64,000 nt of DNA from Aquificaceae bacterium. Its GTDB lineage: Bacteria > Aquificota > Aquificia > Aquificales > Aquificaceae. Shown piece after piece: positions 30,786 to 39,295 of this stretch; position 1 is the stretch's first letter; every line of letters begins with the position of its first letter. A model generated the notes under the pieces. That model saw nothing but the letters and a program-made list of their open reading frames with translations, did not search any database and had not been told where the DNA came from. The stretch is from NCBI GenBank assembly GCA_037925075.1, contig JAXSNR010000002.1, forward strand, positions 416,001 to 480,000, given 5' to 3'. The position numbers and the translations under genes were made by a program.

Positions 30786-31142
30786 ATGCGAAAGGTAAAT
30801 GTGGCAATAGCTGGACTTGGAAGGGTTGGAAGCCAGTTTCTTGAAGCCCTTCTTAAAGCAAACTCGGAGACGGTAAAAGTTATCGCAGTTGCGGAGCCAA
30901 GGGAAGACCTGCCAAGCGTGAAGTTGGCAAAGGAAAAGGGAGTGGCGTACTTTAGAGACGCAAGGAATATGTTAGAAGCCCTTGAGGATAGCATTGATGT
31001 GCTTTTTGAACTTACTGGTGATGCGGTAGTAAGAAGTGATCTCTACGATGTGCTTGCAAAGACAGGAAACAATAAAACGGTCATAGTCCCAGAGCCAGTA
31101 GCCTATCTTATATGGAGTTTAATAAAGGAAGGAGAAAAATAA
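30786..31142 (+). CDS. small NAD(P)-binding Rossmann-domain protein
   Basis: VAIAGLGRVG, IAVAE and LFELTG; GGAGG SD. Confidence 0.7.
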   Translation: MRKVNVAIAGLGRVGSQFLEALLKANSETVKVIAVAEPREDLPSVKLAKEKGVAYFRDARNMLEALEDSIDVLFELTGDAVVRSDLYDVLAKTGNNKTVIVPEPVAYLIWSLIKEGEK

Positions 31143-31166
31143 TACCCATCAGAAGTGCGGTAGGCT

Positions 31167-31504
31167 TTTGGGAAAAAGAGAAAATACGAAGGCATGCACA
31201 AGGTCGTTTTTTAGAACAAAAGCCTTGTATAATATATGTTAAAAAGGTTAGGGGCAAAAAGCCCCTTGACATCTTGGCATTTGAATAGGGCTTTAGCTAT
31301 GCCATAAAGCCATAAAGACATAATTACGGTTTTACGGTAATACGGCGTAGGCTTAAAAGCCTTGTCTCTCAATGGTTTAAATTTGACAATAACATACTCA
31401 ATTTTGCATGACCTGAGGTTTTTGGCAAACTACCTTCATTTGAAAGGGGTGGGGTATTGATAAAAGCTTTGATAGTTCTTATTATTTTTTATGTGCTTGT
31501 GCAG
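31167..31504 (+). repeat. duplicated block: eroded cas6 5' end plus CRISPR leader (copy 1)
   Basis: Near-identical to 35043-35421, with two short deletions in the cas6 part. Confidence 0.92.
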
Positions 31505-32073
31505 GTTTTAAGCCCACTGTGAGGGATGGTGACTAGTCCTCTATTATGCCATCATACGGGGCAAAAATGAACTGTTTTAAGCCCACCGTGAGGGATGGTG
31601 ACCTCAATTAACTCCTGCATTGTTAAGCATTGTTTAGTTTGTTTTAAGCCCACCGTGAGGGATGGTGACGCTTCATGGCTTTAACCTCCTTTAAGGTTTA
31701 TTCTTAGTTTTAAGCCCACCGTGAGGGATGGTGACGCTTCATGGCTTTAACCTCCTTTAAGGTTTATTCTTAGTTTTAAGCCCACCGTGAGGGATGGTGA
31801 CCTCAATTAACTCCTGCATTGTTAAGCATTGTTTAGTTTGTTTTAAGCCCACCGTGAGGGATGGTGACTCACGGTCATTCAAAGGGCAGTGGTTGGAGTT
31901 GTCAGTTTTAAGCCCACCGTGAGGGATGGAGACATAATAAAAGCCAGCCCGCTCCAGTCGTAGTTGTAGTTTTAAGCCCACTGTGAGGGATTGGAAACGT
32001 GAGGGATGGAGACAAATAAATCTTTTGGATAAAATTATTAACAAGTTTTAAGCCTACTATGAGGGATGATAAC
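31505..32073 (+). CRISPR. CRISPR array 1: 9 repeats (GTTTTAAGCCCACCGTGAGGGATGGTGAC), 8 spacers
   Basis: Repeats start at 31505, 31574, 31641, 31707, 31773, 31840, 31905, 31969 and 32045; the last two are degenerate; leader on the left. Confidence 0.97.
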
Positions 32074-32091
32074 AGCACTTAGCAAAAGAAG

Positions 32092-32568
32092 ATGATAAGA
32101 GAAATGAAGCCAGAGGATATTGAGCATGTGCTAAAAATAAGTGAAGAATGCTTTAACTCCGACGCATGGAATAGAAAGGCTTTTGAAAGGGAGTTTGAGC
32201 TTGAACACTCCTATAGGTTTGTTATTGAAGAGGGGGGAGTTATAGTAGGTTATGCGGTGGTTTGGAGGATATTTGAAGATGCCACCCTTATGTCCATAGC
32301 CATAAGGAAGGATATGTGGGGGAAGGGCTACGGAAAAAGGCTTATGGAGTTTCTCATAGACTACTTTAGGGGGAAAGTTCAGAGGTTCCTTCTGGATGTA
32401 AGAAGGTCCAACATAAGGGCTATAAGGCTTTACCAGTCCCTTGGTTTTAAGATAGTTTCGGAGAGAAAAAATTATTACTCGGACGGCGAAAACGCCTTTC
32501 AGATGGTGCTTGAACTGGAGGAAGGAGATGCATATAAAGGGAAGACCTTTGAGACTACTCATACCTGA
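32092..32568 (+). CDS. rimI: ribosomal protein S18 alanine N-acetyltransferase
   Basis: GNAT GKGYG, LDVRRSN, LYQSLGF and RKNYY. Confidence 0.9.
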   Translation: MIREMKPEDIEHVLKISEECFNSDAWNRKAFEREFELEHSYRFVIEEGGVIVGYAVVWRIFEDATLMSIAIRKDMWGKGYGKRLMEFLIDYFRGKVQRFLLDVRRSNIRAIRLYQSLGFKIVSERKNYYSDGENAFQMVLELEEGDAYKGKTFETTHT

Positions 32569-33052
32569 GGAGGAAATAAGGGAAAGGGTCAAGGGGCTTG
32601 CGAAGGAAATACAGGATTATTTTGGTGAGCCTTTTCTTGTGATAGGTCTTTTGAAGGGCGCCTTTGTCTTTACCGCAGACCTCATAAGGGCTTTTGATAT
32701 CCCAGTTCAGGTGGATTTTATGTGGGTTTCCAGTTATGGCTCTTCCCAAGAAAGTCAGGGACACATCAAAGTTATAAAGGACCTTGACAGGGATATAGAA
32801 GGTCTTAGGGTCTTGCTTGTGGATGATATACTGGACACGGGCTACACCCTTGCGGAAGTTTATAGACTCCTCAAATTAAAGGGTGCCAAAGAGATAAAAA
32901 CTTGCGTCTTGCTTGACAAGAAGGAAAGGAGAAGGGTGGATTTTCATGCGGACTTTGTGGGCTTTGAAGTGCCTAACCTCTTTCTTGTGGGTTATGGACT
33001 GGATTGGGACGAAGAAGGGAGAAACCTCAGAGGCATATATGCGGTGGAGTAA
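32528..33052 (+). CDS. hpt: hypoxanthine phosphoribosyltransferase
   Basis: LKGAFVF, VSSYG, VDDILDTGYTL and VGYGLD. Confidence 0.94.
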   Translation: MHIKGRPLRLLIPEEEIRERVKGLAKEIQDYFGEPFLVIGLLKGAFVFTADLIRAFDIPVQVDFMWVSSYGSSQESQGHIKVIKDLDRDIEGLRVLLVDDILDTGYTLAEVYRLLKLKGAKEIKTCVLLDKKERRRVDFHADFVGFEVPNLFLVGYGLDWDEEGRNLRGIYAVE

Positions 33053-33055
33053 ATG

Positions 33056-33643
33056 CTAAGTTAAGATTTCACCTATTTCTACTCCCACCGCACCCGCTTT
33101 TAGCATCTCCTCTATCGCCCTTTCGGAGTCTCCGGGCTTTACATCCACACCCTTTATACCGTCAAGGAGAAGAAAGGCTTGATAGCCAAGGTTTATGGCT
33201 CCAAGCACTGTGTTTTTGACGCAGTAGTCAGTCGCAACGCCACCCACAAAGACCCTTTTAATGCCTCTTTCTCTTAGGAGGCTGTCAAGCACCGTGCCTT
33301 GAAAACCAGAATAGGCGTCAAAGTCTGGGCTTGTTCCCTTTGAGATTATAAAGCGGTTATCGTGGGGGATAAAAAGCTCCTCATGAAACTTTGCACCTTC
33401 CGTGCCTTGCACACAGTGAGGTGGCCAAAGGCCTCCTTGCTCCTTGAAAGATATATGGTTTGGTGGATGCCAGTCCCTTGTGAAGAAAACGGGCAATCCC
33501 AACTTGGAGAATAGCTCTATGTACTTATTAAGCCTTGGCACTATCTTGTCTCCCTCAGGCACAGGAAGGGCTCCGCCGGGCATAAAATCCTTTTGCATAT
33601 CCACCACTATAAGGGCATCCCTTTTGGTAGGTAATACTCTCAT
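33056..33643 (-). CDS. pncA: nicotinamidase/pyrazinamidase
   Basis: VDMQKDF, DWHP, WPPHCVQGT and ATDYCV. Confidence 0.92.
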   Translation of the reverse strand: MRVLPTKRDALIVVDMQKDFMPGGALPVPEGDKIVPRLNKYIELFSKLGLPVFFTRDWHPPNHISFKEQGGLWPPHCVQGTEGAKFHEELFIPHDNRFIISKGTSPDFDAYSGFQGTVLDSLLRERGIKRVFVGGVATDYCVKNTVLGAINLGYQAFLLLDGIKGVDVKPGDSERAIEEMLKAGAVGVEIGEILT

Positions 33644-34284
33644 GGCAAAACCTCCACGGGTACCTCTTCTTTTAATTTAATCTCTTCAAGGCTTACTGAA
33701 CATTTGTATGCCTTTATCTCAAGCCCAAGCCTGTGGTACTCAAAAAGAGCCTCAGAAAAGTCCCTATCCACCTCCCAGTTGGGAGAAAAGACCCGTGCGT
33801 CCTCTCTTTGCACCACAAAGACCACAAGAGGCTTGTAGCCCTCTTTTGATAACTCTATAAGCTTTTTTATATGCTCTTTTCCTCTTTTTGTGGGAGCGTC
33901 TGGGAAAAGGGCTACGCCAGATTTGACAAGGTTTACAGATTTGACCTCAACGGGCCTACCTTCCAAAAGAAGGTCAAACCTCTTATTCCCAAAGCGTGGC
34001 TCAAAGGAAACACAAGAACCCACATACTCCGCATACAACTTGGGAGCTATATGGGAGTCTATGCATACAAGATAGCCATCCTTCTTTGCAAGGACTATTT
34101 CAAAGGGATGTTTTCCCTCTTGCTTTTCCGTTATATAAACCTCATTGTCCTCAAAAAGCAATTCACTAAGCCTTCCCGTGTTTCTTATGTAGGCGGTAAA
34201 GGTTTTACCCTCAAAGGATACAAGGCCTACGAACCTGTTTAGCCTTCTTATAAAGCTTGCCTTTTTAAGCTCTGGAAACCTCAT
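33640..34284 (-). CDS. sfsA: SfsA DNA/RNA nuclease family protein
   Basis: RRLNRF, NTGRL, EVKSVNL and FPDAPTKRG. Confidence 0.92.
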   Translation of the reverse strand: MRFPELKKASFIRRLNRFVGLVSFEGKTFTAYIRNTGRLSELLFEDNEVYITEKQEGKHPFEIVLAKKDGYLVCIDSHIAPKLYAEYVGSCVSFEPRFGNKRFDLLLEGRPVEVKSVNLVKSGVALFPDAPTKRGKEHIKKLIELSKEGYKPLVVFVVQREDARVFSPNWEVDRDFSEALFEYHRLGLEIKAYKCSVSLEEIKLKEEVPVEVLP

Positions 34285-34289
34285 CTTTT

Positions 34290-34380
34290 AGAAAGGCCCC
34301 ACCGGGCGGTGGGGCAAAACAATTAGGGGAGGGAGGGGGAGGGAGTTTCTAATAGCCCCTAATTTTCTGTCCTTTATAGG
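34290..34380 (-). ncRNA. candidate small RNA or structured leader downstream of cas6
   Basis: Consensus promoter upstream, 9-bp stem AATTAGGGG/CCCCTAATT around a C-rich loop, then an 8-bp GC hairpin followed by CTTTCT; no start codon. Confidence 0.5.
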
Positions 34381-34385
34381 GTATT

Positions 34386-34413
34386 ATTATATACAAAAAT
34401 TTTTTCTTGTCAA
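34386..34413 (-). promoter_or_regulatory. sigma70 promoter TTGACA-N16-TATAAT overlapping the cas6 stop codon
   Basis: Both hexamers are perfect consensus on the minus strand. Confidence 0.75.
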
Positions 34414-35138
34414 GGGATCTCATAACACAGTTTTATTACACCCATTCCCATGGTGCATTTTTTACCAACGCCAGAGAACTCTCCAAACTTCAAAAGAGCA
34501 TGGACCAGTTTAGAAAGCTCCCTATCTTCAACACCAAAGATTACATTACCCACAAAGCCCCTTAGCTTTCCAAAGGATAGCTCCACTGTTTCAACCCTTA
34601 TCTTATGTGCCAATATGTACGCATTTGAATAAACGCCGTAGAGTAAGTCTTCTTCTTTTATCGGAAAGGGATGGAAGCTAACCCATTTCCTATATAGGCT
34701 TCTAAAGATAGTTTGAGGGTCTGGGAGAGGATAGTCCCACCTACCTTTTCTGAAAACGGTGGGCTTTATAAAATCCACAGAATAACTCTCTTTTGGTTCA
34801 AGGTTAAGAAGCTCCTCATAAGAGATTGCCTCTTCTTCTCTTATGCCACCGGGTACTATGGGCTTAAGCTCTGAATTTCCAAGTGCATAAGCTTCCTTAG
34901 ATAGGTAGTAGCGACTAACAAGCGGTGGAAAAAGCTCATCCCTCAATAGGCAAAGCCTAAACCATACCTGCCCTTCAGAATTGCCATAGGCTTTTATGCT
35001 AAAGGGCTTTTCCTTTTCTCCATGAAGTTTTTCGGAAATCTCTTTGGGAAATAGAGAAAATACTAAGGCATGCACAAGGTCGTTTTTTAACTCCACATTC
35101 TGTTTGGACCTAAACCTTAACAAAAGCCTTATAGGCAC
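34410..35138 (-). CDS. cas6: CRISPR-associated endoribonuclease Cas6
   Basis: KPFS, PTVFR, PLPDP, GFVG and G-loop GVGKKCTMGMG; next to the leader and array. Confidence 0.92.
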   Translation of the reverse strand: MPIRLLLRFRSKQNVELKNDLVHALVFSLFPKEISEKLHGEKEKPFSIKAYGNSEGQVWFRLCLLRDELFPPLVSRYYLSKEAYALGNSELKPIVPGGIREEEAISYEELLNLEPKESYSVDFIKPTVFRKGRWDYPLPDPQTIFRSLYRKWVSFHPFPIKEEDLLYGVYSNAYILAHKIRVETVELSFGKLRGFVGNVIFGVEDRELSKLVHALLKFGEFSGVGKKCTMGMGVIKLCYEIP

Positions 35139-35421
35139 GTATAATATAATATGTCAGGAAGGTTAGGGGCAAAAAAGCCCCTTGACATCTTGGCATTTGA
35201 ATAGGGCTTTAGTTGTGCCATAAAGCCGTAAAGACATAATTACGGTTTTACGGCAATACGGCGTGGGCTTAAAAGCCTTGTCTCTCAATGGTTTAAATTT
35301 GACAATAACATACTCAACCTTGCATAACCTGAAGCTTTTGGCAAAATACCTTCATTTGAAAGGGGTGGGGTATTGACAAAAGCTTTGATAGTTCTTATTA
35401 TTTTTTATGTGCTTGTGCGAG
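35043..35421 (+). repeat. cas6 5' end plus CRISPR leader (copy 2), with promoter TTGACA-N17-TATTAT at 35373-35401
   Basis: Aligns to 31167-31504; the promoter points into the array. Confidence 0.88.
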
Positions 35422-35584
35422 GTTTTAAGCCCACCGTGAGGGATGGAGACAATTGATAAAACTCTCTGCTTTTTTCTATTCTGTCATTGTTTTAAGCCCA
35501 CCGTGAGGGATGGTGACACAAAATGAACCCCCTTAAACATTTTCTCAAGTAGCAAGTTTTAAGCCCACCGTGAGGGATAGAAAC
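35422..35584 (+). CRISPR. CRISPR array 2: 3 repeats, 2 spacers (38 nt each)
   Basis: Same repeat as array 1 at 35422, 35489 and 35556 (the last ends GATAGAAAC). Confidence 0.95.
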
Positions 35585-35611
35585 CTCTTTTGACAACTTG
35601 CCTAAAGCTTC

Positions 35612-35640
35612 TTGACTTTGCTATTGAGGTATCTTACAAT
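35612..35640 (+). promoter_or_regulatory. sigma70 promoter of the csm operon
   Basis: TTGACT-N17-TACAAT about 20 nt before the cas10 ATG. Confidence 0.65.
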
Positions 35641-35659
35641 AATCACTGCGGGGGAGAAT

Positions 35660-38017
35660 ATGGAAGAAAAAGAAAGATATTTGGTCGCTTTAGCTGGGTT
35701 GTTTCATGATGTGGGGAAGTTAGCGGATAGGTCTGGTGAAAGGGCTGGTGAAGGATACGAGGAAAGGTTTGGATATGCTCATGCTAAACTGTCTTTTGAT
35801 TTTATGGAAAAGTTGCTCAGGGATAAGCTAAGGGAAGAGGACTATAAGGTTATACTTTCTGGTGCATACCATCACAAGCCCGAAGGTTGTGAAGAGGCTT
35901 ACCAACATTACGCAAAAATCATCCAGTCTGCGGACCGAAACTCAAGCAAAGAAAGAAGCAAAAGAGAAGAGGAAGAAGCTCAAAGGCAATTCAAAAGACT
36001 TAGGCCTGTTTTTCTTGGTATCAAAGTTGAGGATTTTGGCTATCAAGAGGATAGGGATTATTACATAGGCTTAAAACCTCTTGAGCTTGAAAAGGAAATA
36101 CTTTTTCCAAAAGAAGGTAGGCTTGAAAAGGGTGAGGAAGAATACAAAGAACTCTACGAAAAGCTAAAAGAAGATATAAAAAAGATAGACTTTTCTCACC
36201 TCCAGAAGGCTTTTCTTAAGGCATATCATACTTTCTACCGCTATTGCTGGTGCGTGCCTGCATCTGCATATTCCGCATATGATAGAGAAAAAGGAACAAG
36301 GCATTATAAAGATAAAGGAAGAAGGCATTATCCAGATATATCCCTTTTTGACCATTCAAGGATGCTCTCCGCCATTGCTTGTGGTCTTCTCACTGAATAC
36401 AACAAAAAGGAAAAAATAAAAAAGCTTATTCTTGTAGATGGAGACATTAGCGGTGTTCAAAATTTTCTTTTTTCCCTTGCTAATGTAAAGGGTGTAGCCA
36501 AAAGGTTAAGGGGTAGAAGCTTTTTCCTTACTATGCTACCTCATTTGATTGCAAGGTCTATGCTATGGGAGTTGGGCTATCCTCTTTGCAATCTCGTTTA
36601 TGCGGGTGGTGGTAAGTTTTTGGTATTGTTAGGCTATGAAAATGGTATAGAAGAAAAGCTAAGAAACTTTGCCAAAAAGGTGGAATACGCTCTTATCAAA
36701 GCCTTTGGTGGAAAGCTTGGTTTTGTGCTTTCGTGGATTTCTATATATGCGGAGGAGCTTACTGAGAACTTTAAGGATATCATGAAAAAGCTCTACGATG
36801 AAATTGACGAGCAAAAGAGGAGAAAGTTTTATCTAACTATGAAAGACTTTGAAAATCTTGTAAAGGAAAAGGAAAGGGGGATTGGTCTTTGTCCATCCTG
36901 TAGGTGGGAGATGTTAAAGGAAGGTCAGGAGGTTTGCGATTGGTGTGAGACTTTTTATAAGCTTGGCGATGCCCTTTTAAAGGCGGAATATGTCGCTTTT
37001 GACGACAATAGGGAAAAGTTTAACGATAAAAGCCACTTTTATCTTGAGGGTATTGGTGGGGTCTGTTTGCTTGAAAAGGAAGACCAGAGCTTTAAAGAGG
37101 TTTATCTCATAAATCAAACGGACTTTTTGGAAAGGGGAGTAGATGGCTTTCTGTTTTTTGGTAAATACGTGCCAAAAATGGAGGAGGGCGGAAAGACTGC
37201 GGATTTTGAAACTTTGGCGGAAAGGGCGGAAGGAGACAAAAAGATTGCCTTTGTGCTTGGGGATGTGGATTTTCTTGGGTTTATACTTCAATCCATAGAG
37301 GAATATTCTCCCTCAAGGCTTGCGACACTGAGCAGAAGCCTTGACCTTTTCTTTTCTGGCTACCTCAATACTTTCCTAAAGGACTCTAACATATATACTC
37401 TCTACTCGGGAGGTGATGACTTTTTCCTCATAGGTCCATGGGACGAGATGGTGGATAAGATACTTAAATTAAAGGAAGAATTTGATGAATACACTACTTA
37501 CAATCCTGCTATTAATTTTTCTGTGGGCTTTCATGTGGATAGACCAGAGGCACCAGTGAGGTTTGTGGGAGAATATGCGGAAAGGGAGGAAAAGAAGGTA
37601 AAGGAAGAAAAAACCAAAAAGCTTGAAGAAAATGGTATAAACAATCTTCCACACTTTTCCATACTTGGTGAGCTTTTGACACAAGATGACTTATCTAAAG
37701 GTCTTGAGAGTGCGAAAAGTTTGATAAAACTCGTAGAAAAACGAGAGGTGGGTAGGTCCTTTTTGTATAGGATGTACATGTTAATGAGACAATACCAAGA
37801 AAAGAAGAAAGGCGGAGGATGGTGGAAGTTCTATCCCTTGTTCTACTACCAGCTTTACAGAAATGTAAAGGATGAACATCACGGCAAACTGGAAGAGGTT
37901 TTTATTGACAAAAGCGGGAGCTACAACCCAAGGAAAAATGCCCTTTTTATCTCAAAGTATGTGATAATGAAAACAAGGGGTAAGGATTTGTCAGAAAATG
38001 CGGGAAATAAAAGTTAG
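35660..38017 (+). CDS. cas10: type III-A Cas10/Csm1
   Basis: HD domain (FHDVGK...HA...HH), DISLFDH, GDISGVQ, LRGRSF, CPSC/CDWC zinc finger and Palm2 YSGGDD. Confidence 0.96.
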   Translation: MEEKERYLVALAGLFHDVGKLADRSGERAGEGYEERFGYAHAKLSFDFMEKLLRDKLREEDYKVILSGAYHHKPEGCEEAYQHYAKIIQSADRNSSKERSKREEEEAQRQFKRLRPVFLGIKVEDFGYQEDRDYYIGLKPLELEKEILFPKEGRLEKGEEEYKELYEKLKEDIKKIDFSHLQKAFLKAYHTFYRYCWCVPASAYSAYDREKGTRHYKDKGRRHYPDISLFDHSRMLSAIACGLLTEYNKKEKIKKLILVDGDISGVQNFLFSLANVKGVAKRLRGRSFFLTMLPHLIARSMLWELGYPLCNLVYAGGGKFLVLLGYENGIEEKLRNFAKKVEYALIKAFGGKLGFVLSWISIYAEELTENFKDIMKKLYDEIDEQKRRKFYLTMKDFENLVKEKERGIGLCPSCRWEMLKEGQEVCDWCETFYKLGDALLKAEYVAFDDNREKFNDKSHFYLEGIGGVCLLEKEDQSFKEVYLINQTDFLERGVDGFLFFGKYVPKMEEGGKTADFETLAERAEGDKKIAFVLGDVDFLGFILQSIEEYSPSRLATLSRSLDLFFSGYLNTFLKDSNIYTLYSGGDDFFLIGPWDEMVDKILKLKEEFDEYTTYNPAINFSVGFHVDRPEAPVRFVGEYAEREEKKVKEEKTKKLEENGINNLPHFSILGELLTQDDLSKGLESAKSLIKLVEKREVGRSFLYRMYMLMRQYQEKKKGGGWWKFYPLFYYQLYRNVKDEHHGKLEEVFIDKSGSYNPRKNALFISKYVIMKTRGKDLSENAGNKS

Positions 38018-38027
38018 GAGGTAAAAC

Positions 38028-38450
38028 ATGGAGCAGGGAGGAAGGCAAGGTAATCAGCAAGAGAGCTATGTTGATAAGTTTCTCGGAAAGCTTAGAGAAC
38101 TTGGAAACGACCTTTCAAAGTTAGAAGACAAGCTTATATTCCATCCGGAAGAAGGCTACGCCAAAAAAATTGTTGATAAACTTGAACTAGAAGGTGTCCA
38201 ACTGAGGAGGTTTTATGCGGAGATAAGGAATATATACGAAAAGAGTAAGGAGGGCAGGAATATTTTATACTACCTATATAGGCTCTATCCTATAACTGAA
38301 TATCAGGTAAATAGAAGGGTTATAAATAAGCAATTTGGAGAGCTTGTAAAGGGGATACTTAAAGCCCTTGAAAAAGATCACTCAGAAGAAAGCTTGCGTA
38401 AAGCTTCTGATTTTTTTATGGCAATGGTAGCATACTCTAAGACTAGATAA
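38028..38450 (+). CDS. csm2: type III-A small subunit Csm2
   Basis: QLRRFY and FFMAMVAY; position in the operon. Confidence 0.92.
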   Translation: MEQGGRQGNQQESYVDKFLGKLRELGNDLSKLEDKLIFHPEEGYAKKIVDKLELEGVQLRRFYAEIRNIYEKSKEGRNILYYLYRLYPITEYQVNRRVINKQFGELVKGILKALEKDHSEESLRKASDFFMAMVAYSKTR

Positions 38451-38464
38451 ATGGGAGGTTTGCC

Positions 38465-39295
38465 ATGTTTGAGTTTTTGGGTTCTCTCATTTTTGAGTAC
38501 CAGCTAAAGGTACTGACTGGTCTTCACATAGGAGGTTCAAAGGAAAACTTTGACATAGGAGGTATAGACAATCCAGTTATAAAGACGTACATTAGCATAC
38601 CAAACTTTTATGAAGATGGTTCTGATCTTCCAAAAGGTGCTCCTTATATACCGGGTTCATCTTTGAAGGGTAAGATAAGAAGTCTTCTTGAGTGGGCTCT
38701 TGGTATGGTGGAGAATAAAGTGAGAAATGGAAATACGCAAAATATTGAAGAAGCTGGCAAGCCTTGTAGCTGTGGAAAGTGTGATGTATGTGTGCTTTTT
38801 GGCACAGGAGACGCAAAAACCTTGGAAAGGCTTAGTTTAGAAAAACAGCCCGGACCTCCGAGACTCATTTTCAGTGATGCTTATCCCACCTTAGAAACAC
38901 TGAAGAATATTGAAGAAGAGCTTGGTGAGGGTATATATACGGAAATAAAGACGGAGACTCAGATAAACAGGATAAACTCAAAGGCAAATCCTCGCAAGAT
39001 GGAAAGGGTGCCTGCGGGTGCAATCTTTAAAGGAAGGATTGTTTTTAACGTGTATAAGGAAGACGATAAAAAGAAGATTGAGGTACTCCTGCAAGGTATG
39101 AAGATGTTAGAAGATAACTTCCTCGGAGGTGCTGGTTCAAGGGGTTATGGTAGGGTAAAGTTTGAAAATATAGAGGTGGTCTTTAAGAGTAAGGATGCTT
39201 ACCTCAAAAAGGTGGAGATTAAGAAGCCTAATATTGATAAATTTAGAAGCTTAGAGGAAATAGATGTTGAAAAGTTGGAAGAGCTATGTTCCTGA
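38465..39295 (+). CDS. csm3: type III-A backbone RNase Csm3
   Basis: TGLHIGG, GGIDNPV (catalytic Asp), PYIPGSSLKGK and LGGAGSRGYG. Confidence 0.95.
   Translation: MFEFLGSLIFEYQLKVLTGLHIGGSKENFDIGGIDNPVIKTYISIPNFYEDGSDLPKGAPYIPGSSLKGKIRSLLEWALGMVENKVRNGNTQNIEEAGKPCSCGKCDVCVLFGTGDAKTLERLSLEKQPGPPRLIFSDAYPTLETLKNIEEELGEGIYTEIKTETQINRINSKANPRKMERVPAGAIFKGRIVFNVYKEDDKKKIEVLLQGMKMLEDNFLGGAGSRGYGRVKFENIEVVFKSKDAYLKKVEIKKPNIDKFRSLEEIDVEKLEELCS

Noticed and set aside
30786..31142. Rossmann protein next to array 1 as a CARF-type effector
   Set aside because: It has a classic GxGxxG dinucleotide-binding motif rather than CARF features; adjacency probably follows from the leader duplication
31144..31170. 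possible degenerate inverted CRISPR repeat (CCATC...CGGTAGGCTT) at the duplication junction
   Set aside because: Too short and gapped to distinguish from chance
31757..32044. 95-aa minus-strand ORF in the track
   Set aside because: It is only a translation of CRISPR repeats and spacers
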